From Octopus bimaculoides (Eukaryota), in contig NC_068985.1 in NCBI RefSeq assembly GCF_001194135.2, positions 25,811,304 to 25,875,303 on the forward strand: a stretch of DNA of 64,000 bases, written 5' to 3'. This document shows positions 25,901 through 40,300 of this stretch, piece after piece (position 1 is the first letter of the stretch; each line of letters opens with the position of its first letter). Both the position numbers and the translations under genes were made by a program. Below the pieces are notes generated by a model. It searched no databases. It worked only from the letters and a program-made list of their open reading frames with translations, and had not been told where the DNA came from.

Positions 25901-27727
25901 CACACACACATATATATACATATACATATATACGGCAGTCTTCTTTCAGTTTCCATCTACCAAATCCACTCACAAGGCTTTGGTCGGCCCGAGGCTATAG
26001 TAGAAGACACTTGCCCAAAGTGCCACACAGTGGAACTGAACCCAGAACCATGTGGTTGGTAAGCAANNNNNNNNNNNNNNNNNNNNNNNNNNNNNNNNNN
26101 NNNNNNNNNNNNNNNNNNNNNNNNNNNNNNNNNNNNNNNNNNNNNNNNNNNNNNNNNNNNNNNNNNNNNNNNNNNNNNNNNNNNNNNNNNNNNNNNNNNN
26201 NNNNNNNNNNNNNNNNNNNNNNNNNNNNNNNNNNNNNNNNNNNNNNNNNNNNNNNNNNNNNNNNNNNNNNNNNNNNNNNNNNNNNNNNNNNNNNNNNNNN
26301 NNNNNNNNNNNNNNNNNNNNNNNNNNNNNNNNNNNNNNNNNNNNNNNNNNNNNNNNNNNNNNNNNNNNNNNNNNNNNNNNNNNNNNNNNNNNNNNNNNNN
26401 NNNNNNNNNNNNNNNNNNTGGCACTCCGTTGCTTACGACGTCAAGGGTTCCAGTCGATCCGATCAATGGAACAGCCTGCTCATGAAATTAACGTGCGAGT
26501 GGTTGAGCACTCCACAGACACATGTACCCTTAACGTAGTTCTCGGGGATATTCAGCGTGACACAATGTGACAAGGCTGACCCTTTGAAATACAGGTACAA
26601 CAGAAACATGAAGTAAGAGTGAGAGAAAGTTGTGGTGAAAGAGTACAGCAGGGTTCGCCACCATCCCCTGCTGGAACCTCGTAGAGCTTTAGGTGTTTTT
26701 CGCTCAATAAACACTCACAACGCCCGGTCTGGGAATCGAAACCGTGATCCTATGACCGCGAGTCCGCTGCCCTAACCACTGGGCCATTGCGCCTCCACAC
26801 AGAATATACAATATATACATTTTTTTATATCATGTGCATGTAGGTATATATGTGTATGTGTTAGTCTGCACATGTCTTCACATTGACACTGCTTCTGCAG
26901 CAGGGACATTTGTTTTTGTTTCCCATAGACAACATGACCTGCACCTCAGCAATTTAATGTGCATGCCTAAGAATTAAAAGGTTTAAATTTCTCCATTTAC
27001 ATTGGTTTTTATCTTGTTTCTTTATTTTTCTTTTAATCATTTACTTTCATTTTATTCAGGGCATTTGTATGTTACAGTACAACCAAGATAAAAGTGCCAA
27101 AGTGAAAAATACTGCTCTTGACTTGCTCATACATGTAAGTAAATTTAATATCATCATCATCGTTTAACATCCGCTTTCCATGCTAGCATGGGTTGGACGA
27201 TTTGACTGAGAACTGGTGAAACCAGATGGCTACACCAGGCTCCAATCTGATTTGGTAGAGTTTCCACAGCTGGATGCCCTTCCTTACGCCAACCACTCAG
27301 AGAGTGTAGTGGGTGCTTTTACGTGTCACCGGCACGAAGGCCAGTCAGGCGGTACTGGCAATGGCCACGCTCAAAATGGTGTATTTTATGTGCCACCTGC
27401 ACAGGAGCCAGTCCAGGGGCACTGGCAACGATCTCGCTCGAAAGTCTATTTAAAATATGTAATACTGTGGTATATATAAACATGTGTATAACTTATGTAA
27501 TTCTTTTGTTCTTTTACTTGTTTCAGTCATTTGACTGTGGTCATACTACAGCCCCACCTTGAATTTTTTAGATGAATGAATCAACCCCAGTACTTTTTTT
27601 TTTTAAGCTTGGTACTTATTCTATTGATCTCTTTTGCCAAACTGCTAAGTTACGGGGACATAAACCAACACCAGTTGTCAAGTGAGCAGTGATGGGGGAC
27701 AAACATAAACACAAAGGCACACACATC

Positions 27728-27784
<57 letters not shown>

Positions 27785-30700
27785 ACCACTGCGTACAAAT
27801 TTGAAGCATGCAAAATGAAGCATTTGCAACATTGGATATCATATGTCCACAGAAAGAAAAGGTACAAAACTGCGATAGACCACCTCAGTGGCCAACGCGA
27901 CAGTGTGACAGGCCATGTGCGTGGCCACGGAAGTAGGGCATGATCTAACTAAATTTTGATGACATATAATGTATGCACACAATACCCTTTCATCCCAGAA
28001 ACAGTGTAGTCAATCACAGAAGGTGTTAAGAAACACTGAGTATTTTTTTCAAGTGATGGATCAATGTTGATCTTTACCCAAAATAGGCTCAGCAGTTCGT
28101 GTTACATACAGCAAAATCCCAGCAGTTTATGGGTTAATGATTGACATGAGAGCAGCAGGCAACACATTGCCAATGCATATATATCACCAGATGTACAACT
28201 CAACTCTAACTGCAGACATATGCTGAAACCAGTGAAAAAACATTAATCTGATGACATAGTGTGGCCAAGAAATCAAATGCTTGGGATCAATCCATTTTCA
28301 AATTCGCTCAAAAGACAGTGAATTCCATGATGCTAAATTCTGTGTGGTAGAGGTGGATGGACCACAGATTGTTGGATCGCCAACATGTGAGGCAATGAAA
28401 TTGATCACAATATATTGTGATCACATCATGGATTCAACTCCTGATACCACAACAATTGAAGACCTGAAAGAAACATACCTGAATCTTTTCGACAGCCTGG
28501 GCAACTTCAAAGAACCCACACAACTGTACATAAAAGCAGGATTGGAACCCTTCATTGACCCACCTCAGAAATGCTCAGTTCACCTGAAGAATAAGCTCAA
28601 GAGTGAACTCCAGAAGATGTAAGAAATGGGGGTCATCAAGCCTGTGAAACAACACACGAATTGGTGTTCAAGCATGGCATATTCTGTAAAAAAAAAAGAT
28701 GGATCACTTCGCATCAAGATAGCTATATATATATAGGCTTTGGTAGAATTGAGGCTATAGCAGAAGACTTGCCTAAAGTTGCATGGAATAAGATTGAACC
28801 CAGAATCATATGGTTGGGAAGCAAACCTCTTTATTTCATAAAATTAGCTATGCAGCCTTACAAAGATGAAGCTGCGGGCTGGACAAAGACACAATGATAA
28901 TGGAATGAAAAAAATGGTTGGTGGGAGAAGCAGACCAACGCCCGCCGATTGTTGCTTCTCGAAAACATTGTTCTCTTTTTTTTTCCAACAAAACAAAATG
29001 GGGTATTGAACCTCACCTCAGTTCAAAGAATGGACGCAATCGTCCTTACAAATTGAGGCTCTGAACCTCTTACCAAAAATCCAAATTCAAATCGAGGCAC
29101 TAAGGCCTCTTACTTTTCCTCCCTGACCAGGCTATATGCCTCCCACAGGCAATCCTGCAGTTCCAAATCGGGGCTCCAAAAAGCAAACTTATATTGGTCT
29201 TTGGGAAAGGTGTCCATCACCCTGGACATATCATCCTCCATTACGACCTCCGCTGTTACCTTCCCTCCCTCCCGCCATCAAACTTCTTACCACACAGCTA
29301 CACCTGCTCCTGTTATTTGGGTTAAAAATAAATAAATAAATAAAAAAAAAACAATGAAAGAATTACTTCCCTTAGACCTGGTTATTTAATGTTTTTTTTT
29401 TTTAACATATTAATTGCTTAATTTAGTCTAAAGGAAGTAAATATTTTCGTCCGTGGGGCGGGTATTGCCCGTGAGTTTCACAGGCTTTCCAGACTGAGGG
29501 AGTTGGTGTAGCTGATATTTATTAAAAATTTTCTAGTTCTTGTAGCAAAAGCCCCAAATCATTCTTAAGTGGTCAAATGTATGACCAAAGTCAAGATTAT
29601 TTTTGACATTGTATATGTACATTCTTTTTAAGAAGGTAAGATATGAATTGCATGACTGTTTCTAAGATGTCATGCGGCTAAATAGGAGCCGGGACACTGT
29701 GCTGCAAATATGACAAGAAACGAAGGCATTCAATAGATATGCTGTGCTCGCGATAAATATTTCAGTTGACCAATGTATGATTCGGATGTGTGGAGGCGCA
29801 ATGGCCCAGTGGTTAGGGCAGCGGACTCGCAGTCATAGGATCGCGGTTTCGATTCCCAGACCGGGCGTTGTGAGTGCTTATTGAGCGAAAACACCTAAAG
29901 TTCCACGAGGCTCCAGCAGGGGATGGTGGCGAACCCTGCTGTACTCTTTCACCACAACTTTCTCTTACTTCTTGTTTCTGTTGTGCCTGTAATTCAAAGG
30001 GTCAGCCTTGTCACACTGTGCCACGCTGAATATCCCCAAGAACTACGTTAAGGGTACACATGTCTGTGGAGTGCTCAGCCACTTGCACGTTAATTTCACA
30101 AGCAGGCTGTTACGTTGATCGGATCAACTGGAACCCTCGTCGTCATAAGCGACGGAGTGCCAACAACAACAACGATTCGGATATAAGACACTATAGAAAA
30201 GTGAGATGTGTTAGCATAATGGTACACATCTTGCTAGGTTACAGAAACTGTAGTTATTGTTTAGCTTCAGGTTTGACCTGATTAGGCAATCCAGTTGCAA
30301 TGCACATTATTGTGTCTTTTTCTAAGGCAGCAGAATATTATTTAAAGGAGATTTAGTTGCTATCTCTGGTATGTTCATCAACTGCACTGAGGCTCCTTTG
30401 TCTCATAAGAATTATAGTAATAATCCTTTCTACTATAGATACAAGGCCTGAAATTTAGGGGAGGGGGATATTCGATTACATTGACTGCAGTGTTTCACTG
30501 GTACTTATTTCATCAACCTGTAAAGGATGAAAGGTAAAGTTGATCTTGACAGAATTTGAACTCAGAAAGTAAGGACAGACCACATGCCGCTGAGCATTTA
30601 GCCTGGTGTTCTTACAACTCCACCAGCTCGCCACTTTAAGAATTATAGTAATAATAGATGTAGAGGAAGGAGGGTATGGAATAATAGTGTTAACCCTTTC

Positions 30701-31297
30701 GTGACCAACCCGGCTGAAACCGGCTCTGGCTCTGTGGTACAAATGTTTTGTTTTCAAAAATTATGAATTAAAATCTTCTACCAAATCTTAGTCTCAATTT
30801 ATGTTCCTAACACTAGCTTAATGACAACTAAGTCATTTTACTAAAATCTTTGTTATATTTTAAATTAATTGAAAGAAACACAGAGCATCTCAGAATAAAT
30901 ACAGTAACGAAAGGGTTAAAGTAACTGTCAGTTATATATTCATTTCTTTCTGAAGATTGGGGTACCTCCTGTTCTGCTCCAAATATATCTTCAACTAAAA
31001 ACTCTTGAGTTTGATACCACAGCTGTCACATTCCAAGAGCTGAAAACAGTTAAATAAAAAAAAACGTCTTATTCTTTTCTTTATATTACTTGTTTCAGTC
31101 ACTTGACTGTGGCCATGTTTGAGCACCACCTTAAAGGGGTTTTTTTGTAGTCAAAGAAATTGACCCTAGGACTAATTATTTGTAAGCCTAGCACTTATTC
31201 TATCAGTCTCTTTTGTCAAACTGCTAAGTTACATAGATGTAAACACACCAACATCAGTTGTCAAGCAATGTTGGTGGGAAGGAACAAAGGCACAAAG

Positions 31298-31328
<31 letters not shown>

Positions 31329-34300
31329 CATACNNNNNNNNNNNNNNNNNNNNNNNNNNNNNNNNNNNNNNNNNNNNNNNNNNNNNNNNNNNNNNNNNNN
31401 NNNNNNNNNNNNNNNNNNNNNNNNNNNNNNNNNNNNNNNNNNNNNNNNNNNNNNNNNNNNNNNNNNNNNNNNNNNNNNNNNNNNNNNNNNNNNNNNNNNN
31501 NNNNNNNNNNNNNNNNNNNNNNNNNNNNNNNNNNNNNNNNNNNNNNNNNNNNNNNNNNNNNNNNNNNNNNNNNNNNATATATATATATATATATATATAT
31601 GACGGGCTTGTTTCAGTCTCCATAAACCAAATTCACTCACAAAGCTTTGGTTAGCTTGAGGTTATAGTAGAAGACACTTGCCCAAGGTCCCATGCAGTGG
31701 GACAGAACCTGGAACCATGTGGTTGTGAAGCAAGCTTCTTACCACAAAGCTATGCCTGTATGTATTTTATATATATGCACATTACTAATAATGATAAAAT
31801 ACCTTTGCTGAAATTAATTTCAGTTTGTACGTGCTTAAATTTGCGAAGAACATGAATTAACACCTAATCTATATAATTTCAGTACTGTGTCATTTGGTAA
31901 TTCTTTATACAATAGCTTTAACCATAAGTAAGAAACGTAAATGGAACTTTGATAAAATATCATAAAAACTTACATCTTTGTGCTCTCTCTGTCTATCTTT
32001 CACTCTCTCTCTCTCTTTCACTCTCTCTCTCTCTCTTTCCCTTTCACTCACTCATCCACCACTCTCTTTCTCTCTCATACGCACACACTTTATTCTACTG
32101 ACTTCATTATTATTCAGGTCCTTGAAGCTTCTTCAGGATATTACCAAATCAGTGAAGTGGACATTCCAGGCGTTATCAGGAAATTCTTTATGGAGCTTGC
32201 GAACCCATCAAAAATTCCATTAACTGGTTAGTTGTTTGCCTATAAATTCATATATTTATCACTATGGCTATAAAGATTGAAATCAGGGATCTCTATAAAA
32301 AATATCCTTGCTTCTGTTTTTTTAAAGCAATTTCGCATCATTATTTCTGGCAATTATATATGCTATTTGCCCTCCAGGCCTTCATTTGACTCTAGTTTGG
32401 CCTCATTGAATAACTGTGGTTCTGTGAGTTTTCTTTTTTTAAATGCTAAGCTATGAAAACATTGCAAGTGAGAGGCATCAACCATTTCAATCTACTAAAA
32501 TATTATCATAGGCACAGGGGTGGCTGTGTGGTGAGTAGCTTGCTTACCAGCCACATGGTTCCGGGTTCAGTCCCACTGCGTGGCACGTTGGACAAGTGTC
32601 TTCTACTATAGCCTCGGGCCGACCAAAGCCTTGTGAGTGGATTTGGTAGACGGAAACTGAAAGAAGCCCCTCGTATATATGTGTGTATATATGTATATGT
32701 ATGTGTGTATATATGTATATGTATGTGTGTATATATGTATATGTATGTGTGTATATATGTATATGTATGTGTGTTTGTGTGTCTGTGTTTGTCCCCCCAC
32801 CATCGCTTGACAACCGATGCTGGTGTGTTTACGTCCCTGTAACTTAGCGGTTTGGCAAAAAAGGACTGATAGAATAAGTACTAGGCTTATAAAGAATAAG
32901 TCCTGGGGTCGATTTGCTCTTGAATTACTGTGGTAACAACAGTGGCAATCATCTTGATTTAACCCATCACAGTCAGCATTTAAGTAACCCATGTGTCCAG
33001 GAAGACATGGAACGAAGTGATGAGAAAGGTTCTTCAGATGCTGGACTTCACTGAAGAAACAAGGAACCAGGAGCAGTGGCAATTTGCTGTACTTGAGAAG
33101 ACGCATCAGGCCAAGTAAAATCACTGTCGTCATTACATACAGGCTTGTCCTTTACAGGTGTCAGTGCCACATAAAATGCTCTCGTGCTTGTGCTGTGTAA
33201 ATGCACCTGTGCCAGTGGTGTAAAATGCATCTAGCACACTGTAAAGTGGTTTGCATTAGGAAGAGCATCCACCTGTAGAAACTATGCCACAATAGACAAT
33301 TTGAACTCTGACCAGCTCCTATCAAACCATTCCTCTCCAACCCATTCCAGCATGGAAAATAGACGATAAACAATGATGATGATATTTCGTTTTTGGATTT
33401 GGTTTGCAAGATTTTTTATGTGATTTCGTGTGTTGAAGCATATTCTGTTGTATCTGGGGAGAGTCATTTTCTTATTGTGCCTTAAAATTTAACACAAGTC
33501 AAGACTATTGAAAAAGTTGCAAGACGCAATGAAAATTTTAGGAAAATAAAAATATGAAATAAGTGGAAATTTTACCGGTGAGTGTGTTAAATTTTAAGGC
33601 ACAATAAGAAAATGACTCTCCCCAGACACAACAGAATGATGATGATGATATATCTGATATGTTAGTGTAGGATCCACTGTTAGCTTGGTATTTCCTGTTG
33701 CCATGGCCACCCAGTTTTTATGTATGTTGTTTCTGAATTTGGGGGCTCTGAGCATATTTTAAAGAGATATTTGATTTCAAAGGGAGCTTCGAATGTTACA
33801 TAGAGAAAATTACTCTTGTGAAAAAGATCTGTCCCTAGCTGGCCAAGATATCTAATTGAGGGATTAACTAAATGATAAATCAAACAGTTGATTTGTTATA
33901 TAGCATGAAAGTACATCGCTTAGTGGTTAGGGTGCTTGACTCACAATTGTAACGCAATTAGTTCACTTCCTGGCAGTGTTTTCTCCTTGAGCAATACACT
34001 TTATTTCACATTTTTCCAATCCACTCAGCTGGTAAATATGAGTAGCACCTGTAATTCAAAGGTCCAGCCTTGTTACATTCTGTGTCATGCTGAATCTCCC
34101 TGGAAACTATGTTAAATATATGCGTGTCCGTGAAGTCCTTAGGCACTTTTTCTTTTATTCTTTTATTTGTTTCAGTCATTTGACTGCAGCCATGCTGGAG
34201 CACCCCCTTTAGTTGAACAAATCGATCCCAGGACTTATTCTTTGTAAGCCTATTACTTATTCTATCGGTCTCTTTTGCCGAACCGCTAAGTTACGGAGAC

Positions 34301-37300
34301 GTAGACATACCAACATCGATTGTCAAGCAATGGTGGGGGAACAAACACAGACACACAAACATATATATATATATATACGACCGGCTTCTTTCAGTTTCCG
34401 GTTACCAAATCCACTCACATGGCTTTGGTCTGCCCGAGGCTATAGTAGAAGGTTGATAAGCAAGCTACTTACCACACAGCCACTCCTGCTCCTTGGACTC
34501 TTATCATCAAAACCAACGGAGTGCCAATTATTGCTTATTATAATATAAAAGCTAACTAATTGACAAATAATCATAAAAATAACGAAACTGAACCAGTGCT
34601 TTTGTTTATTATTATTATTGGAATATTGACTGTCCAGAAATACATCAAAAAATGTTATTCTTTTCTTGCAGTGAAAGCTAAAATCTACCTGCTTTTTGGT
34701 ACCCTCGCAAATCATTACCCAGAATTTATGAATGATAATGCAAAAAAGCTATTTGATATATACTTAAGTGCAATGGTTGCAGAGGTAAGTTTCTGATTTT
34801 TTTTTCTGTTACCTTCTACCTCTCTCTTCTGTTTTCCTTTCTCATTTTTTTTCCTTAATTTTCTTCTTTTGCACGTATGATGATTGGCATATGTCTCATA
34901 AAGCAAAACACTTGAGCTTTAAGCATTTTCCATATCATTTCACCATTATGTTTTGTAAATTAGTTGCTGTCTTTTCAGAATTATATTTAAGAAAAACACA
35001 TTTTGTTTTTCTGCATATCATATCTTCACGTAAGTTATCATAATTTTTGTATACTGAATTAAAATGAATGTTTCGAATTATATGCATATATATTGAGTTG
35101 GCAAGAAAGTAATTTCGTTTTTTGCAAATAGATAGTGTTATGATATTTTAGAATGACTTTTGTCAATGTTATGATTTTTTTCCTTTTGACATTTGATAGC
35201 TGTTACTTTTAGCATACTTTAGAAGCAAATTGCATGATTTTGCTTACAGCTGTAAGTTCAGTGTCAATTTTAAAATGGAGTGCAAAAACGAAGATTTTCG
35301 CCATATTTTGCTTTTTTTTTGGTAAAGGCAAGAAAGCTGCTGAGGCTTACAAAGAGATTTGTGAAGTTTATGGTGTTGATTGCTTAACAAAACACACATG
35401 TCAGAAATGGCTTTAAAAATTGTGTTCTGGAGATTTTTCACTCAAAGATGACCAACGTTCTGGTCAACCTACTGAAGTTGATGATGACCAAATCGAAGCC
35501 ATAATTGAATCTGATTGTCATATAACTGTGCGAGAGATTGCACAGAGGTTAAATGTATTACACACAACAATTGAAAATTACTCAAAATAACTTGGACTCG
35601 TTAAGAAGCTCGATATTTGGGTTCCACATAAATTGAAAGAGATTCACTTAACGCAACAAATCAATATTTGCGATATGCATCTCAAATGCAATGAAATCAA
35701 CCTTATTTTGAAACAAATCATCACCTTTGATGTAAAATGGATTGTCTACAATAGCATCAATCGAAAACGATCATGATCCAAGCGTAATAAACCAGCACAA
35801 ACCACATCGAAAGCTGAATTGCATCAAAAAAAAAGGCCATGCAGTCAATTTGGTGGGATTACAAAGGTGCTGTGTATTTTGAGCTGCGTCCAAGGAACCA
35901 AACGATCAATTCAAATGTTTACTGTCAACAATTAATGAAGCAACTAAGAAGCAATCAAAGAAAAACAGCCAGAATTGGCAAATCATAGAGGAATTGTGTT
36001 CCACCATGGCAATGCTAGACCACACACATCTTTGCTAACTCATGAAAAATTATTGGAGCTTGGTTGGGAAGTGATGTCACATCTATCATATAGCTCCAGC
36101 ATTGCACCATCAGATTACAATTTATTTTGAAGTTTGCAAAATTCTTTGAATGGTAAAACTTTCAGTAATGATGATGTCCTGAAATCGCACTTGCTTCAGT
36201 TTTTGACTGATAAGGAGCAGAAGATCTATGAACGCGGAATCATGAAGTTGCCAGAAAGATGGCAAAAAGTCATCGAACAAAATGGAAAATATAGAATTGA
36301 TTTGTATGAAAAAAAGTGACTTTTATTTCAGACTAAAAAACCCAAATTACTTTCATGCCAACCCAATATATCATCATCATCGTTTAACTCTGCCTTCCAT
36401 GCTGGTATGGGTTGGATGGTTTGACAGGAGCAGGCCAGGCAGAAGCCTGCACCATACTTCTGTGTCTGTTTTAGCAGTTTTTATGGCTGGATACCTGTTT
36501 TAGTACAGTTTTTATGGCTGGATACCTGTTTTAGTACAGTTTTTTTGGCTGGATACCTGTTTTAGTACAGTTTTTTTGGCTGGATACCTGTTTTAGTACA
36601 GCTTTTATGGCTGGATACCTGTTTTAGTACAGTTTTTTTGGCTGGATACCTGTTTTAGTACAGTTTTTATGGCTGGATACCTGTTTTAGTACAGTTTTTA
36701 TGGCTGGATACCCNNNNNNNNNNNNNNNNNNNNNNNNNNNNNNNNNNNNNNNNNNNNNNNNNNNNNNNNNNNNNNNNNNNNNNNNNNNNNNNNNNNNNNN
36801 NNNNNNNNNGCAGTTTTTATGGCTGGATACCTGTTTTAGTACAGTTTTTATGGCTGGATACCTGTTTTAGTACAGTTTTTTTGGCTGGATACCTGTTTTA
36901 GTACAGTTTTTTTGGCTGGATACCTGTTTTAGTACAGCTTTTATGGCTGGATACCTGTTTTAGTACAGTTTTTTTGGCTGGATACCTGTTTTAGTACAGT
37001 TTTTATGGCTGGATACCTGTTTTAGTACAGTTTTTATGGCTGGATACCCTTCCTAACGTCAACCACTTCAACACAGAGAGAAAGAGCGGTAGTCTTCTCT
37101 TCAAAATTTGACCACTTCTTGTGGAAGAGATAGCATCCGTTCCAGAAAGTTGAAACAATCTTCCATTTAATATTGAATACATGAAAGGAAGGTGACAAGC
37201 TGGCAAAATACTTAGCTGCATTTTATCTGTCTTTACTTTCTGAATTCAAATTCTACTGAGGTTGACTATGCTTTTTATCCTTTCAGAGATCACAATGTAA

Positions 37301-40300
37301 TCAACTCACTTCATCCCCCCAAATTGCTGGCCTTGTGCCAAAATCTGAAACCAGTATTAAATGCATGAAAGGAAGTTGGTGAACTGGCAAAATTCTGAGC
37401 ACATTGGGCAAAAATGCTTAGCTGCATTTCATCCATCTTTATATTCTGAGTTCAAATTCTGCCGAGGTTGACTTTACCTTTTGTCCTTTCGGGGTTGATA
37501 AAGTAAATACCAACTGAGCACTGGGATAATTGTTATCAACTAACTCACTGCCCCAAAATCGCTGGCCTTGTGCCAAAATATGAAACCATTATTAAATATT
37601 TGAAAAGATCTTTGTTTAATTTGTATCCAAGAAAATGTAATTAGGTAATTAAAGTAAATGAATTTCTATTTCAGTTTAAAAGTAGTCTCAAGAAACCCGA
37701 ATTCTTAGTCATTGCTGCCTGTCTTGAAGGTTGCAACAAACTTTTATTGAAGCATACACCATATGATCTTGAAGGTAAGTTCAATAATTAAGATCCATCA
37801 TCATCATCATCGTTTAACGTCCGTTTTCCATGCTAGCATGGGTTGGACGATTTGACTGAGTATAATATAAGTATAATATATATACTTACATATATATATT
37901 ACATACATATATATATATATATATATATTACTTACATATATATATTACATACATATATATATGAAAAGTGGGCACAGGATAGGACCATAGATGTAGGAAG
38001 AGGAAGAGCAGAGTATGCCACAAGAGCATTGGAAAAAGGGACACAGTGGAGGGGGAAATAAGAATGAAGGTGGCAGAAAACTGGGTGAGAACAACAAGGG
38101 AAAGAAAGGATAGAGGCTAGTGTGTGTGCACACTAATTGACTATAATAATTTCATTGAAAGAGCAGTGAGCCGGCAGAATCGTTAGCATCTCAGATAAAA
38201 TGCTTAGCAACATTTAATCCATCTGCATATTCTGAATTCAAATTCCGCTGTGATTGACTTTACCTTTCATCCTTTCAGGGTCGATAAAATAAGTACCAGT
38301 TGAGCACTGGGCTCAATGTAATTCATTTAACCTCTCCCTCTAAATTGCTGGTCTTGTGCCAAAATTTGAAACCAGTAATTTCATTGAGTATTAAAAGCTT
38401 TCCACTACTCAGTAATAACCAAACATTATTATTATTAGGGGGTTAGTATGGCAACAATTCAATCAACTTGAACATTATCAAGCAGGTTATAATATAAAGG
38501 AAAAATTCCCAACACACTAAATATATGAAAGAAATTCATGTCATGTACATTTTATGACTCTGAGTCACCCTATTGTATATAGCATAGAAAGTTTACTTTT
38601 AACTGATAGTTATATATACACATAAAGAAATTGTTAATGCTAAATAATGTTATCAAAATGGAAGCAAAGCCTTCTAATCTGCCACTACTATGTCACTTGG
38701 TTGCTATTTCTTGTATGCTATCTTTTTCTAAGCATGTCATTGAAAATAGTATATAACATGTAAAAACTAATTCATTTCACAGTAAATATCTTACTTTCTT
38801 TAATGACACACCTATACTACATTCAAATTTAACTGAGATCAGTTTTGCCTTTCATCCTTCATTCATCATTGTCATGATTATCATTTAACATCCATTTTCC
38901 ATATTGTTGTGGGTTGGACAACTTGACAGGAGTTGGCAAGGCCAGGGGCTGCACCAGGTTCCATAGTCTGTTTTGGCTTGATTTCTACAGCTGGATGCCC
39001 TTCCTAACGCCAACCACATTACTGTGTGTACTGGGAGCTTTCTGCATGTTGCCATCATCAGTGTTTTTTATGTGACTCAATCACCAGTGCTTTTTATGTG
39101 GCACCAACACCAGTGCTTTTTATGTGACACCAGCCCCAGTGCTTTTTACATGGAACTTTGGTTTTAGGATATATCTTGGTTGCCAAGTACTTGGTTGATA
39201 ATGGATTGTTCTCTCTGCTAAAATGTTTAGCGATATGTTAATGTTAGAAATCATATATTTTGCATAACTTCTTTTATAATAACAAATCTAAGTAATAATT
39301 AAATAATTCTTAAACATATAACTTTGTTTTCTTTATAGAGGGTGTTAAAAAATATTATGAGCTTTTTCAATCTGCTCGCAGTGCTGCCAAACCTGATCTT
39401 AATCTTTCCCGTTATGAAATGCCAAAAGCAAGTTTAATGTTATTTGAAAACCATTCTGCATTTTTTATTAAATTCCTGCAAGACTGTTATGAGGTAAGCT
39501 TATCTATTATTGTCAGAAAATACTGTTGTTGTTAAACAAAATATCGGCCATGTAGACACATCATCAATGTTTCAATGTCTACTTTTTCATGCTCATGTAG
39601 TCAAATATGAATAAGTTAGGGCAGAGTTTCTCTATGGCAGGTGCTCTCTCTGTTGTCAACACTTAGCTGTTTTCAAGTCAGGTAGTACTCTCTCAATCTA
39701 TAGAACAACAAACATCCCCCAACATGGTTACATAGAGAACAGGTAATGAACAACACTGGTTGAATGAATCTGTTACACAACCTGCCATGCATCATGTCAA
39801 AAAATCCAGACATTCTTTCATGGTGGACTGCAAGCAAATGACACCGTTTGTTTGTGATGCCATTGTTTACCTGTAACTTAAAAGGCCAGCCTTGCCACAT
39901 TCTGTGTCACGCTGAATCTCCCTGAGAACTATGTTAAGGGTACATATGTCTGTGGATTGCTCAGTCACTTACATGTTAATTACACAAGCAGGCTGTTACG
40001 TTGATCAGATCAACTGGAACCCTTGTCATAACCAATGAATTGCAAGTTTTTTATTTTTTTATTTTATGACTTGTCTTTAAAGTATATTGATTTATTTCTA
40101 AAAGTTATTGTAGATGATGCCTTACAATCTGATTATGTAATTATGGTTACATTTTACTCTTTATATACTCCAAGGTTTGAATATTTCAACAGTGACATGA
40201 ACGACGTTTCAACTTGAAGAATGCAAATGTCACAATAGTTATGTTACTGAACCTTTGATTCCTAGTTTCACTTTGTGGTTAGTCCACCTTACTCCATAAG

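Noticed and set aside
36466-37047. CRISPR-like array
   Set aside because: 31-bp units abut with no unique spacers; eukaryotic context; unit derives from the host retroelement tail
39427-39435. GC-AG donor (aaa|gcaagt) splitting exon 8
   Set aside because: The frame stays open and homologous through to the strong gtaagc donor at 39494
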